The notes under the pieces are model-generated. The model made no database searches. It was not told where the DNA came from and saw only the letters and a list, made by a program, of their open reading frames with translations. Shown in pieces: positions 9,732 through 20,285 of a DNA stretch of 64,000 bases. Positions within the stretch are counted from its first letter, which is position 1, and each line of letters begins with the position of its first letter. The position numbers and the translations under genes were made by a program. Origin of the DNA: Acutalibacteraceae bacterium (GTDB lineage: Bacteria; Bacillota; Clostridia; Oscillospirales; Acutalibacteraceae); assembly GCA_045633725.1 (NCBI GenBank), contig JAZQYX010000033.1, positions 9,969 through 73,968 on the forward strand, in the 5' to 3' direction.

Positions 9732-12020
9732 TTATTCCGTTTTCAATATAATTTCTTGTTTGACAGTGGCGGTAATTTTGCTTATACTACCTTCGCCTTT
9801 ATCAACTATAATATCAACAATTTTGTTTTCAAGCTCGCGTCGGATAAGGTTTCTAAGGTCACGGGCTCCACGCTTAGACGAATCGCATTTTTGCGCTAAA
9901 TATTCGCAAAGCTTTTTATCATACTTAAAGTCAATAAGCTTATCCTTTAAAGCATCCTTCAGTTCTTGGAGCATAATTGAGGCAATACCTGTAAGGGTTT
10001 CGGTGCTAAGTGGATTAAATACCACAATTTCGTCAACACGGGCAATAAACTCGGGACGCAAGAAGCCTTCCAGCGCTTTTAATGCCTTTTCCTTTGAGGC
10101 ATCGCCTTCGGTTTTGCCAAAGCCTAAAAGGTTACCCTTATTTTCGCTGCCGGCATTTGAAGTCATAACAATAACCGTATTTTCAAAATTAACCGTTCTG
10201 CCTTGTGCATCAGTCACGCGGCCATCGTCCAAAATTTGTAAAAGAATATTTAAAACATCGGGATGTGCTTTTTCAATCTCATCAAAAAGCACTACCGAAT
10301 ACGGCTTTCTTCTAACCTTTTCGGTAAGCTGACCCGCTTCATCATAGCCCACATATCCGGGAGGCGCACCAATAATGCGCGACACCGAATGTTTTTCCAT
10401 AAATTCCGACATATCAAGGCGGATTAAGGTTTCGGGTGTACTGAAAAGCTGTTCTGAAAGCACCTTTACAAGCTCAGTTTTACCTACACCTGTGGGACCT
10501 ACAAAAATAAATGATGCAGGGCGGTGTTGTTTGCTTGTTTGTACGCGCGAGCGCTTAACCGCACTTGCAACAAGTTTTGTAGCTTCTTCTTGCCCAATAA
10601 TTCGCTCATTTAATGTTTCTTCTAAATAGCCTAACTTTTTGAGCTCGCTTTCCTGAATTTTAGATGCGGGAATACCTGTCCAAAGCTCAATAACCTTAGC
10701 AATATCCATATCGGTTACGGTATTATCAAGCGCAGATTCGCAAAGCTCTTCAGACTTTGCTCTGTATTTTTGAAGTTCCGATTTAACCATTGCCTGTTTT
10801 TCATAATCAGGGTTTTCTATATCAGCTTCAAGCTCTTCCAATTTAACAGAGTATTCCGCAACCTTTTTATTTGCTATATAAAGCTCATCTATAGCCTTAT
10901 TAGCAAGACTTGCACAGGCGCAGGCTTCATCCAAAAGGTCTATAGCCTTATCGGGCAAATAGCGGTCAGTTACATAGCGTTCAGAAAGTAAAACCGCTTT
11001 TTTAACAATTTCATTAGGGATAACTACATTGTGGAAACCCTCGTAATAGCCCTTTACACCCATTAAAATTTCTTCCGCTTCGGCAATAGAGGGTTCTTCA
11101 ATAGTAACGGGTTGGAAACGGCGTTCAAGCGCCGCATCCTTTTCGATATACTTTCTGTATTCCTTAAAGGTAGTAGCGCCGATTACCTGAATTTCGCCAC
11201 GCGATAATGCAGGCTTTAATATATTTGCAGCATTCATAGAACCTTCTGCAGAGTCACCCGCACCGACAAGGTTATGAATTTCATCGATAAAAAGAATTAT
11301 ATTGCCTGCTTCCTTAATTTCAGAAACCAAGCCTTTTACTCGGCTTTCAAACTGACCCCTAAACTGTGTGCCTGCAACAAGGCCTGTAAGGTCTAATAGG
11401 TAAATTTCTTTATCTAAGAGTCTTGCAGGTGCTTTTTTGTTTGCAATTTGTAGTGCCAAGCCTTCAGCAATAGCAGTTTTACCTACACCCGGCTCACCAA
11501 TTAAGCAAGGGTTGTTTTTGGAACGGCGCGAAAGTATTTGAATAGTTCGGTATAACTCTTTATCTCTACCGATAATAACATCAATTTTTCCGTCCTTTGC
11601 TTTTTCGGTAAGGTTCTGGCAATACTGTTCCATAAACTTACGACGTTTCTTTTTTGGCTTTTCATTTTCTTTATTTTGGGGTTCATCTTTTTCCTTTGCT
11701 TTAGTTTCACCGCCATTAATATTGCCAAAAAGTTTATTAAAAAACGGCATTGCAGGCGCGGTACCTAAATCAAAAGTTTCATCATTAAGGTCACTGTCAT
11801 CTACCTCTTCATTAAGCGACATTATATCCATAAATTGCTCGCTCATTTGCTCAATATCATCATCAGAAATATTTAATTTTTTAAGCATATCATCCACAGG
11901 CTTTAGCCCCATCTCTTTAGCACAAACAAGACAAAGCCCGTTTGGCTCTGCATTGGGGTTGGTAACATCAGATAAAAATACTACTGCCGGACGCTTTTTG
12001 CACTTGGAACAAAGTTTCAT
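9732..12020 (-). CDS. clpE: ClpE-like Clp ATPase with N-terminal zinc ribbon
   Basis: N-terminal CSKC..(24 aa)..CLVC instead of Clp_N repeats. Two AAA+ modules ([16 protein letters not shown]). Short middle domain. ClpP-docking loop LLGF in the same position as the ClpC loop. Confidence 0.8.
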   Translation of the reverse strand: MKLCSKCKKRPAVVFLSDVTNPNAEPNGLCLVCAKEMGLKPVDDMLKKLNISDDDIEQMSEQFMDIMSLNEEVDDSDLNDETFDLGTAPAMPFFNKLFGNINGGETKAKEKDEPQNKENEKPKKKRRKFMEQYCQNLTEKAKDGKIDVIIGRDKELYRTIQILSRRSKNNPCLIGEPGVGKTAIAEGLALQIANKKAPARLLDKEIYLLDLTGLVAGTQFRGQFESRVKGLVSEIKEAGNIILFIDEIHNLVGAGDSAEGSMNAANILKPALSRGEIQVIGATTFKEYRKYIEKDAALERRFQPVTIEEPSIAEAEEILMGVKGYYEGFHNVVIPNEIVKKAVLLSERYVTDRYLPDKAIDLLDEACACASLANKAIDELYIANKKVAEYSVKLEELEADIENPDYEKQAMVKSELQKYRAKSEELCESALDNTVTDMDIAKVIELWTGIPASKIQESELKKLGYLEETLNERIIGQEEATKLVASAVKRSRVQTSKQHRPASFIFVGPTGVGKTELVKVLSEQLFSTPETLIRLDMSEFMEKHSVSRIIGAPPGYVGYDEAGQLTEKVRRKPYSVVLFDEIEKAHPDVLNILLQILDDGRVTDAQGRTVNFENTVIVMTSNAGSENKGNLLGFGKTEGDASKEKALKALEGFLRPEFIARVDEIVVFNPLSTETLTGIASIMLQELKDALKDKLIDFKYDKKLCEYLAQKCDSSKRGARDLRNLIRRELENKIVDIIVDKGEGSISKITATVKQEIILKTE

Positions 12021-12032
12021 TTTATAAGGCTC

Positions 12033-12713
12033 CTAAATAATGTTGGTAAAAAATTTAAAAAGAATAGTGTTTGAAATATTCTCATTATTAAAAATCCAAA
12101 TACCGTTTTGAGTAAATGATATTACTAAAACGATAATTTCGCATATAATCAAGGCAATTACTAAACCCTTTACAAGCCCTATAACTCCGCCTAAAGCAGC
12201 ATTAAGCTTACCCACCACACTAAACGAGAAGGCCTTGTTTAAAAGCTTTGCCAAAAACCTTACAACTATAAGCAGCACTAATATAAGTATAACCGCATAA
12301 ACGGTTGATACAAGCTGTGCAAAAACGGGTTTTATTGCCGTTTGCGATACATTTAAAAGTGCCGCCTTAACATCACCTTGGGTACTCTGTGTAAGCGACC
12401 CTTGAATGCTTTCTTTAGTAAAACCAAAACGCTCGGAATTATCGGTTATAAGGGAAGGCAAATTACTCCACACCCCATCAACCGTATTGTCAAGTTTTCC
12501 TGACGCGGTTTCACTTATAGAATTTACAATAGGCGGCTCGAGAAACTTATCGTATGTAACTTCTGCCAAAGGCTCGCTTACGGTAAATGCAATTACCACA
12601 GCAGCCACAAAGCCTACTGCACCTATAATTGTACGAACAAATCCCTGCTTGGCTGAAATTATAACAACTAAAGCAATAATTGCAATTAAAACTAAATCAA
12701 TAATAATACTCAC
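12033..12713 (-). CDS. cvpA: CvpA-family membrane protein
   Basis: The N-terminus MSIIIDLVLIAIIALVVIISAKQGFVRTIIGAVGFVAAVVIAF is typical of the CvpA/colicin V production family. There are 4-5 TM helices. Confidence 0.75.
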   Translation of the reverse strand: MSIIIDLVLIAIIALVVIISAKQGFVRTIIGAVGFVAAVVIAFTVSEPLAEVTYDKFLEPPIVNSISETASGKLDNTVDGVWSNLPSLITDNSERFGFTKESIQGSLTQSTQGDVKAALLNVSQTAIKPVFAQLVSTVYAVILILVLLIVVRFLAKLLNKAFSFSVVGKLNAALGGVIGLVKGLVIALIICEIIVLVISFTQNGIWIFNNENISNTILFKFFTNII

Positions 12714-13993
12714 TTGTTTTCACCTTGTTCTAATTTTATTCTGTTTATTGCATTATCTGTAATTACCGCTGCAGTACTATGGCCTAAAGGACAAATTCTC
12801 ACAGCTCCAAAACCATAATCGGCAGTTCTCATAATGCTTCCGTCATTAGCTAAAATATGCACCTTACCGTCACAAAGAGTGTAAATATGCCCGTCCTTTA
12901 GTGCAAAATCGGTAATAATTCCTTTAAATTTAATTTCATATTTTAACTTACCGCTTTTGGAAAATACGGCTATACGGTTGTCAGTCTTATCATTTTCGCG
13001 GTTATAAACCACCGCCATACCGCCCGTACCGCTTCTGAACATTGCGGTAGTGTATTCATTTTTATATTCCCTTGTTTTATAATTAGACCATTTAATAAAA
13101 TCGTATTCGTTATCAGTCAGTACCGAAAATCCGCCTGTGAAAGAACTGTCTAATGTATAAACCACAGTATTTTCATAGTTTTTTTGAAACTGTGCGGAAG
13201 AAGATTTAAAACTTAGTACAAGCACTTTAGAGTTATAACTACCTACCGCCGAGCTGATTGTTGAAACCGCTATTTTATTTCCACGCGGAGCTATAGCAAC
13301 ATTATTAACAAGGTCTTTTGACGAAAACCACTCATACAAAAGCTTGCCATTTTTCTTATAAACGCTCACCTTAGCAGCATAACTCTCGGCTGCGGTGACA
13401 AGCGCGTAAGAGCCATTATCCGCTATTGCCGCAGTTTTAATCTTTTCTTTGGTTTCTATCGTTTTTTCAAGTCCCCGAAGGGTAAAAATCAACACTTCAG
13501 TGGAATTTTGCCCAAAAACAATTGCCCTTGTTTTTGAAGTTTTAAGCACAGGCTTTTCGAAGCCATGACTATGGGTAAAAATCCGCTTGCCCGACGAAGA
13601 ATAAGCTTCTATACTGTTACTTGTGAGTACATAGTAGTACGAACCCTTTGAAACAGCGTTTAAGGTATTTGAGCTTTCTAAGGATATTGGATAACTACCC
13701 GAACCGATTGTAGCAATCGTATTAGAAAGAGTTTCCGCAACCCCCGCAGGAATACACCACTGACAGATAAGTAACACAGCAGTTATTACACCCACTGCCA
13801 ACGAAAATGTCTTAATCCGCCTTTTAGATTCTAACTTTTTACCCTTTACTACCTTCATATTTTTTTGCGGTTTATAGTTGCGTGAAGGGGACATTACAAT
13901 ATCTTCATTGGCATTACTGCGCTTTAAGCGGTTTTTATTCATTTTTGGTCTTTTATTAAAACCGCCACGGCGGTTTTTCTTATACTGTGCCAT
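12710..13993 (-). CDS. Membrane-anchored repeat (beta-propeller-like) protein with a very basic N-terminal tail; possibly DUF5711-like
   Basis: About 70 aa of K/R-rich N-terminus, one TM helix (FSLAVGVITAVLLICQW), then about 340 aa of repeated beta-strand-rich segments. The family name is from memory only. Confidence 0.5.
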   Translation of the reverse strand: MAQYKKNRRGGFNKRPKMNKNRLKRSNANEDIVMSPSRNYKPQKNMKVVKGKKLESKRRIKTFSLAVGVITAVLLICQWCIPAGVAETLSNTIATIGSGSYPISLESSNTLNAVSKGSYYYVLTSNSIEAYSSSGKRIFTHSHGFEKPVLKTSKTRAIVFGQNSTEVLIFTLRGLEKTIETKEKIKTAAIADNGSYALVTAAESYAAKVSVYKKNGKLLYEWFSSKDLVNNVAIAPRGNKIAVSTISSAVGSYNSKVLVLSFKSSSAQFQKNYENTVVYTLDSSFTGGFSVLTDNEYDFIKWSNYKTREYKNEYTTAMFRSGTGGMAVVYNRENDKTDNRIAVFSKSGKLKYEIKFKGIITDFALKDGHIYTLCDGKVHILANDGSIMRTADYGFGAVRICPLGHSTAAVITDNAINRIKLEQGENK

Positions 13994-14002
13994 AAGTCCC
14001 CC

Positions 14003-14737
14003 CTAATAATGTACTTTTTCTAAAAACAACCCTTGTGGCGGTGCAGTCATACCAAGCGCCGCACGGTCTTTATTTTCTAAAATATTTTCAATATCATTAA
14101 CATTTATTTTTCCGTCGGATACGGCTACTGCTGTTCCTATAATTATACGCACCATATTGTACAAAAATCCATCAGCTGTAACATAAAGCTTTAGGTCATC
14201 ACCGTTTTTTACTACATAGCATTCACTTATAGTTCTAACCGTATTCTCTACCGTTCTGCCCGATGACGAAAATGCATAAAAATCGTGTTTGCCTACAATA
14301 GATTTAGCAAACTCGTTCATTTTTTCAATATCCAAAGGTCGCTCTATCTGCCAAGCATACCTTAATTTAAACGGGTCTTTTTTGTTACTGTTATAAATAT
14401 TATAACAATAGGTTTTACCTAAAGCATTATACCTCGCGTGAAAATTAGGTGCAACCTCTTTAGCATCGATTACTGCTATATCATAGGGCAACAGACCATT
14501 CAGTCCGCGCAAAAAAGCTTCTTTAGGTATATTGTCAGCGCAATTTAAATGAAAAGTAAACTCCTTAGCGTGAACACCAGCATCTGTGCGCGAAGTACCC
14601 ACTACAGACATCTTTTCATTCAAAAGCTCGAATAATGCCTTTTCAATAACACTTTGCACCGTTACGGCATTTGGTTGTGTTTGCCAACCGTGATAGGCGG
14701 TGCCGTCGTATGAAATTGTAATTAACATTCTTTTCAC
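14003..14737 (-). CDS. truA: tRNA pseudouridine(38-40) synthase TruA
   Basis: YDGTAYHGWQTQPN and GTSRTDAGVHA catalytic Asp motifs. 244 aa. The classic position after ecfT. Confidence 0.93.
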   Translation of the reverse strand: MKRMLITISYDGTAYHGWQTQPNAVTVQSVIEKALFELLNEKMSVVGTSRTDAGVHAKEFTFHLNCADNIPKEAFLRGLNGLLPYDIAVIDAKEVAPNFHARYNALGKTYCYNIYNSNKKDPFKLRYAWQIERPLDIEKMNEFAKSIVGKHDFYAFSSSGRTVENTVRTISECYVVKNGDDLKLYVTADGFLYNMVRIIIGTAVAVSDGKINVNDIENILENKDRAALGMTAPPQGLFLEKVHY

Positions 14738-14754
14738 AAGGCACCACCCCTTTT

Positions 14755-15576
14755 TTAAAGAATAATATTAACTAAAATAACCGCTATACCGTAAATTAGT
14801 GTAACAGCTATTATTTTAAAATCAACCGCAGTTAGCTTTAACTGCTTCATACGGGTTTTACCTTCCCCACCATTATAGCAGCGACATTCCATAGCCTCTG
14901 CCAATTCATAAGCACGTCTGACCGAAGAAATAAGCAAAGGTATCAAAATTGGAATAAGCGCTTTTATACGCTCTATAATGCTACCGCTTTCAAGGTCGGC
15001 TCCCCTTGCCTTTTGAGCATTCATAATCTTTTCAGCTTCTTCAACCAAGGTAGGTATAAACCTTAACGCAATAGTCATCATAAGTGCTAAGGTATGCACC
15101 GCACTTTTAAGACCTAAAAATTTCAACGGACTTAAAAGATGCTCTATACCATCGGTCAAATCATTAGGGGTTGTAGTATAGGTGAGTGACGAGCTTATTA
15201 TTATTAAAAGCATGATTCTAAGTGCCATAAATACAGCTCTGTAAAGTCCACCATAAGTAATAGTGAATTTCCATACTTCAAGCAAAACACCGCTATTCGT
15301 ATCGCCATAAAACATATTTATTATAGATGTGAGCAATATGATAGGCAAAACTGCTTTAAGGTTTTTAAGATAGGTTTTAAGCGGTATTTTGGTTACTAAA
15401 ACCACTAAAGCCACAAAAAGTAATGACACCAATATCCCATACATATTCTGTGCCAAGAATATAAGTACCACCACTAAAATAAGCAGTACCATTTTAACGC
15501 GTGGGTCGGCTCTATGGAGGGGTGATTTGGTTTCAATATATTGCCCAAAGGTTATATCTCTAAGCATTCTGCTCAC
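14755..15576 (-). CDS. ecfT: Energy-coupling factor transporter transmembrane component EcfT
   Basis: Polytopic protein with conserved ARG..LES and R.A..LA.AMEcR-type C-terminal motifs (ARGADLESG, RRAYELAEAMECR). It follows the two EcfA genes. Confidence 0.9.
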   Translation of the reverse strand: MSRMLRDITFGQYIETKSPLHRADPRVKMVLLILVVVLIFLAQNMYGILVSLLFVALVVLVTKIPLKTYLKNLKAVLPIILLTSIINMFYGDTNSGVLLEVWKFTITYGGLYRAVFMALRIMLLIIISSSLTYTTTPNDLTDGIEHLLSPLKFLGLKSAVHTLALMMTIALRFIPTLVEEAEKIMNAQKARGADLESGSIIERIKALIPILIPLLISSVRRAYELAEAMECRCYNGGEGKTRMKQLKLTAVDFKIIAVTLIYGIAVILVNIIL

Positions 15577-16423
15577 CCTCCTTTAGTTTTTTTAGCACCT
15601 CTACCGCACGCTCTACTGTGAATACATTATCGGGCACATTTAATCCCTTTTGTTTTAATTCATCAAAAACACGGGTAACAATGGGTACATTAAGTCCCAT
15701 TTCGCGAAGCTTGGCACCGTTTTTAAATACATTCTCGGTGGTGTCAAACATTTCAAGGGCTCCCATATTCATTACCAATAGCTTATCGGCAAGTATAGCC
15801 ATATCTTCCATACTGTGAGATATTATAATTACAGTAGCATTTGTAGCCTTTCTATAGTTATAAATAATCTCCATAATGTCTTGTCTGCCCTTAGGGTCAA
15901 GACCAGCAGTAGGCTCATCAAAAACGATTATTTTAGGGCGCATAGCCATTACACCCGCAATAGCCACTCTGCGTTTTTCACCGCCCGATAAATCGAATGG
16001 GGATTTTTGCAAATATTCCGGCTTTACACCTATAATTTCACAGGTTTTAATTACCCTTTTTTCAAGCTCTAAGCCTTCTAATCCCATATTTTTAGGGCCA
16101 AAAGCTATATCGGAAAATACCGTTTCTTCAAAAAGCTGATATTCGGGATACTGAAAAACCAAACCTACCTTAGAACGTATTTTTCGAATTTCTTTAGGAT
16201 TGTCCCATATATTATTGTCCTCAATAAAAATTTTACCATTTGTAGGCTTTAAAAGACCGTTTAAATGCTGAACAAGCGTAGATTTACCCGAGCCTGTATG
16301 CCCGATTATACCTACAATCTCGCCCTCGTCTATACTAAAGCTTACATCACTTACGGCATCCTTTATAAAAAGCGCATTAGAGCCGTAGGTATAAGTCAGG
16401 TTTTGAACCTTTAAGATTGCCAA
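15560..16423 (-). CDS. ecfA2: ECF transporter ATPase EcfA2
   Basis: ABC ATPase motifs GHTGSGKST, LSGGEKRRVAIA and IVFDEPTAGLD. It is the second of tandem EcfA genes. Confidence 0.9.
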   Translation of the reverse strand: MAILKVQNLTYTYGSNALFIKDAVSDVSFSIDEGEIVGIIGHTGSGKSTLVQHLNGLLKPTNGKIFIEDNNIWDNPKEIRKIRSKVGLVFQYPEYQLFEETVFSDIAFGPKNMGLEGLELEKRVIKTCEIIGVKPEYLQKSPFDLSGGEKRRVAIAGVMAMRPKIIVFDEPTAGLDPKGRQDIMEIIYNYRKATNATVIIISHSMEDMAILADKLLVMNMGALEMFDTTENVFKNGAKLREMGLNVPIVTRVFDELKQKGLNVPDNVFTVERAVEVLKKLKEGEQNA

Positions 16424-17269
16424 TTATTCTTCCTCCAAGCAATATGCAATAGCATTCGCTGTTTCTTCAATAGATAAAACATCGGTAGAAACATTAAAGC
16501 CGTTTTGCTTTAACGCATATAATAGCTCTGTAGTTTGGGGAACTGATAGCCCTACCGATTTTAAAACTTCAACCTTTTTAAATATTTCTTTAGGGGTATT
16601 GTCGTCTATAATAACGCCGTCGTTCATAACCATCACCCTGTCAGCCTTTTCGGCTTCTTCCATATAGTGAGTTATAAGAACTACAGTAATGCCCTTTTCT
16701 TTATTTAACTTATGAAGTGTTGATACTATTTCTTTTCTACCCTTTGGGTCAAGCATAGCAGTAGGCTCGTCCAAAATAAGACAGGAAGGCTCCATAGCGA
16801 TAATACCGGCAATAGCAATTCTTTGCTTTTGACCACCTGAAAGATGGTGGGGTGTTGATTCGCGGTATTCGTACATACCAACACTTTTTAAAGCATCATC
16901 AACACGCTTGCGAATAACCGACGGCTCAAGTCCCAAATTTTCGGGACCGAAAGCAACATCCTCTTCCACCACCGAAGCGACAAGCTGATTATCTGGGTTT
17001 TGAAAAACCATACCAACCTTACGCTTTACTTCAATTTCGGTTTCTTCGTCTTTAGTGTTTATTCCGTCAACCACAATATCGCCGTGTGTTGGCTTAAAAA
17101 GACCGTTCAAAAGCTTAGCCAAGGTAGATTTACCAGAGCCATTGTGACCGAGTATTACCGTAAAGCTTTCTCTTTTTATAGAAAACGAAACATTATCTAC
17201 AGCTCGTTTAACAACATCTTCATCTACATATTCATAAACTGCGTTTTTTACTTCAATAATATTATCCAT
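16424..17269 (-). CDS. ecfA1: ECF transporter ATPase EcfA1
   Basis: ABC ATPase motifs GHNGSGKST, LSGGQKQRIAIA and LILDEPTAMLD. It is the first of the tandem pair. Confidence 0.9.
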   Translation of the reverse strand: MDNIIEVKNAVYEYVDEDVVKRAVDNVSFSIKRESFTVILGHNGSGKSTLAKLLNGLFKPTHGDIVVDGINTKDEETEIEVKRKVGMVFQNPDNQLVASVVEEDVAFGPENLGLEPSVIRKRVDDALKSVGMYEYRESTPHHLSGGQKQRIAIAGIIAMEPSCLILDEPTAMLDPKGRKEIVSTLHKLNKEKGITVVLITHYMEEAEKADRVMVMNDGVIIDDNTPKEIFKKVEVLKSVGLSVPQTTELLYALKQNGFNVSTDVLSIEETANAIAYCLEEE

Positions 17270-18134
17270 TATCTCTAATCCAAACTGTTGTATTACCGCA
17301 GGGCATACTAAAGCCCTTTTCGGTTATATTAAGACCTATTTCGTCGGTATAAACCGTACCTTTTCTTCCCTTTAGCGCGTATTCCTTTACCATATAGTTT
17401 AAAACTGTATGTGAAACACCCGCCGTATAAGAATTAAGCAAGAAAAACAAAGCGTTGTCTGATAAAAGCTTGCCCGTTTCGGTTAAGAGTTCTGCCAACT
17501 GTTGCTCTAATTTCCAAACCTCGCCATTAGGTCCCCTGCCGTACGAAGGTGGGTCCATAATAATAGCATCGTACTTTTTACCACGTCTTATTTCACGCTT
17601 TACAAACTTTAAGCAATCATCTACAAGCCAACGAACATTAGCATTTTCAAGACCTGAAGCCGCGGCATTTTCCTTTGCCCACTGTACCATACCCTTTGAA
17701 GCACCAACATGGGTAACGCTAGCCCCCGCCGAAAGACAGGCAACCGTAGCGCCGCCTGTATAGGCAAACAAATTAAGCACCGAAATTTCGCGGTTTTCTT
17801 TTTCAATAAGCGACTTTGCTAACGACCAGTTAACCGCTTGCTCAGGAAAAAGCCCTGTATGCTTAAATCCCATAGGCTTTAGTTTAAACTTTAAATCGTC
17901 ATACTGTATACTCCAAACATCAGGCACTTTTTTATAGGTTTCCCAATGACCACCGCCCGAATTTGAACGGTGATACTTAGCGTGAGCATTATACCAAAGC
18001 GGATTTTTGCGCTCTTTGGACCAAATAATCTGTGGGTCGGGGCGTATTAGTATAATATCTCCCCAACGCTCAAGCCGTTCACCCGAATCAGCATCTATAA
18101 GCTCGTAATCATTAAATCCTTCAACAGTTCTCAT
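17262..18134 (-). CDS. Class I SAM-dependent methyltransferase (RlmI/RlmK-like catalytic domain)
   Basis: SAM motif LNLFAYTGGATVA and catalytic IIMDPPSYGRG (DPP-Y/F type). The substrate is not inferable. Confidence 0.75.
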   Translation of the reverse strand: MRTVEGFNDYELIDADSGERLERWGDIILIRPDPQIIWSKERKNPLWYNAHAKYHRSNSGGGHWETYKKVPDVWSIQYDDLKFKLKPMGFKHTGLFPEQAVNWSLAKSLIEKENREISVLNLFAYTGGATVACLSAGASVTHVGASKGMVQWAKENAAASGLENANVRWLVDDCLKFVKREIRRGKKYDAIIMDPPSYGRGPNGEVWKLEQQLAELLTETGKLLSDNALFFLLNSYTAGVSHTVLNYMVKEYALKGRKGTVYTDEIGLNITEKGFSMPCGNTTVWIRDNG

Positions 18135-18146
18135 TATAAAATCCTT

Positions 18147-19190
18147 TTAAAAAATCTTTTGCTGCGAACAGTCGCAGTCTTGCTTTATCTCTAAATGGTC
18201 ATAAGCAAGCTTAGTAACACAGCGACCACGCGCAGTTCTTGTTAAAAAGCCTATCTGCATTAAATACGGCTCGTAAACATCTTCAATAGTAACCGCTTCT
18301 TCTCCCAAAGCCGCCGCCAAGGTATCAAGACCGACAGGGCCGCCCGAATAATTTGTAATTATGGTTGTAAGCATCTTACGGTCAAAATCGTCAAGACCTA
18401 ATTCGTCTATTTCAAATCTTGATAACGCCTTTTGTGCCACTTGCTCGGTAATAACACCGTCATACTCAACCTGTGCAATATCTCTAACACGGCGAAGCAA
18501 GCGGTTTGCAATACGCGGTGTGCCGCGTGAGCGTGAAGCAATTTCCAAAGCGCCTTCAGGCTCTATGGGTATACCTAAAATTCCTGCCGAGCGTGTAACA
18601 ATATCAGCTAACTGTTCAGGTGTATAAAGCTCTAACCTTAAAAGCACGCCAAAGCGGTCACGCAAGGGCGCTGTTAACTGTCCCGAACGGGTTGTAGCGC
18701 CAACCAAGGTAAAGTGTGGCACATCAAGTCTTATAGAGCGCGCCGAAGGACCTTTACCCAAAATAATATCTAGCGAAAAATCCTCCATAGCGGGATACAA
18801 AATCTCTTCAACATTACGCGAAAGACGGTGAATTTCGTCAATAAAAAGCACATCGCCTTGATTAAGTGAAGTTAAAATAGCAACCAAATCGCCCTGCTTT
18901 TCTATTGCAGGACCCGAGGTTACGCGAAGATTAACACCCATCTCTCTTGCAATAATACCCGAAAGGGTTGTTTTACCAAGGCCTGGCGGGCCGTAAAGCA
19001 AAACGTGGTCAAGGCTTTCGTTTCGTTGCAAAGCCGCTTTAATATAAATTCTTAAATTTTCCTTAACCTTATCCTGACCGATATAATCGTCCAAGGTTTT
19101 AGGGCGTAAAGTTAACTCGCCGTCATCTTCAGTGTAATTATAATCAGGAGAAACTATACGGTTTTCAAAATCCATTTCTTGTTCAATCAT
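18147..19190 (-). CDS. ruvB: Holliday junction branch migration helicase RuvB
   Basis: [21 protein letters not shown] and [15 protein letters not shown] motifs. Confidence 0.95.
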   Translation of the reverse strand: MIEQEMDFENRIVSPDYNYTEDDGELTLRPKTLDDYIGQDKVKENLRIYIKAALQRNESLDHVLLYGPPGLGKTTLSGIIAREMGVNLRVTSGPAIEKQGDLVAILTSLNQGDVLFIDEIHRLSRNVEEILYPAMEDFSLDIILGKGPSARSIRLDVPHFTLVGATTRSGQLTAPLRDRFGVLLRLELYTPEQLADIVTRSAGILGIPIEPEGALEIASRSRGTPRIANRLLRRVRDIAQVEYDGVITEQVAQKALSRFEIDELGLDDFDRKMLTTIITNYSGGPVGLDTLAAALGEEAVTIEDVYEPYLMQIGFLTRTARGRCVTKLAYDHLEIKQDCDCSQQKIF

Positions 19191-19193
19191 TTA

Positions 19194-19796
19194 TTATATC
19201 CCCCTTGCGAGAGTTTTTAATGCGCCTTTAATAAGCTCTTCAGTAGAAAGCGTAGGGTCTAATTTGCCTACTGCAAGTGAAGCTTCGCTTTGAGTATAGC
19301 CAAGCGATACTAACGCCGAAATTGCTTCTTTGGTATTAGTATTGGCAGTAGCGTTGCCTACGGCCTTTATTACTATTTCATCACCCGTCTGTAGTGAGCC
19401 TACCTTGTCCTTAAGCTCTAAAACAATGCGTTGTGCAAGCTTTAAGCCTACACCGCTTGCAGCAGTAAGCGCCTTTGAATCATTGCTTGCAATATATAAA
19501 GTAAGCTGTGAAGCCGTAAATTCGGACAATAAAGCCAAGCCTATTTTAGCGCCAACACCATTTACCGAGGTTATAAGCTTAAAGGCCTCTAACTCATCCA
19601 AATCCTTAAAACCGTATAAATCCATAGCATCTTCACGCACAGATAAATAGGTATAAAGCATTATTTCTTCATTTTTGGGCGGTAGTTTATAAAGTGTATT
19701 TTTAGTTACAAAGCACTTATATCCTACTCCCGCACATTCAACCACAGCGCAGGTATTATCAGAATAAATAAGTTTTCCGCGAACAGTTGCTATCAT
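19194..19796 (-). CDS. ruvA: Holliday junction DNA-binding protein RuvA
   Basis: N-terminus MIATVRGKL typical of RuvA, helix-hairpin-helix region (LITSVNGVGAKIGLALLS), and 200 aa length. Confidence 0.93.
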   Translation of the reverse strand: MIATVRGKLIYSDNTCAVVECAGVGYKCFVTKNTLYKLPPKNEEIMLYTYLSVREDAMDLYGFKDLDELEAFKLITSVNGVGAKIGLALLSEFTASQLTLYIASNDSKALTAASGVGLKLAQRIVLELKDKVGSLQTGDEIVIKAVGNATANTNTKEAISALVSLGYTQSEASLAVGKLDPTLSTEELIKGALKTLARGI

Positions 19797-19799
19797 AGT

Positions 19800-20285
19800 T
19801 TATCTCCTTAATAATGAGTCGGAATAATGTCCGTCACAAATTGCAATTGCCAATGCGTCGGCAGTATCGTCAGGCTTTGGTACCGCTTTTAAAGCCAAAA
19901 GGCTTTTCACCATTTCCATAACCTGATGCTTTTCTGCTCTGCCATAGCCTGTAACCGCCTGTTTTACCTGAAGCGGTGTATATTCAAAAACTTCTACACC
20001 CTTATTCTTTGCGGCAAGTACTATTACGCCCCTTGCCTGAGCAACGTCAATAGCGGTAGTAGAGTTTGTATTAAAATAAAGCTTTTCAATAGACAAACGG
20101 TCGGGCTTGTATTTTTCAATAATTTCGCACATATCGTTATATATTACCGAAAGTCTATTTGGAAAAGGTGTGTTAGCTTTGGTGGTAATAGCACCATAGC
20201 CCGCAACCGAAAAACGATTTTTTGCGTAATCTACCACACCGTAGCCCACGATTGCATAACCTGGGTCTATACCCAAAATTCTCAT
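19800..20285 (-). CDS. ruvC: Crossover junction endodeoxyribonuclease RuvC
   Basis: MRILGIDPGYAIVGYGV N-terminus (RNase H fold Asp), a C-terminal DTADALAIAICH-type motif, and 161 aa length. Confidence 0.92.
   Translation of the reverse strand: MRILGIDPGYAIVGYGVVDYAKNRFSVAGYGAITTKANTPFPNRLSVIYNDMCEIIEKYKPDRLSIEKLYFNTNSTTAIDVAQARGVIVLAAKNKGVEVFEYTPLQVKQAVTGYGRAEKHQVMEMVKSLLALKAVPKPDDTADALAIAICDGHYSDSLLRR

Noticed and set aside
9709-10332. 207-aa plus-strand ORF
   Set aside because: It lies entirely antisense to the well-supported clpE-like gene. It is a Ser/Leu-rich low-complexity translation typical of shadow ORFs, and it has no RBS.
9732-12020. Possibility that the second Clp ATPase is ClpB
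   Set aside because: It carries an LGF ClpP-docking loop. Its middle domain is short (~70 aa) rather than the long ClpB coiled coil, and it has a zinc ribbon instead of Clp_N repeats.
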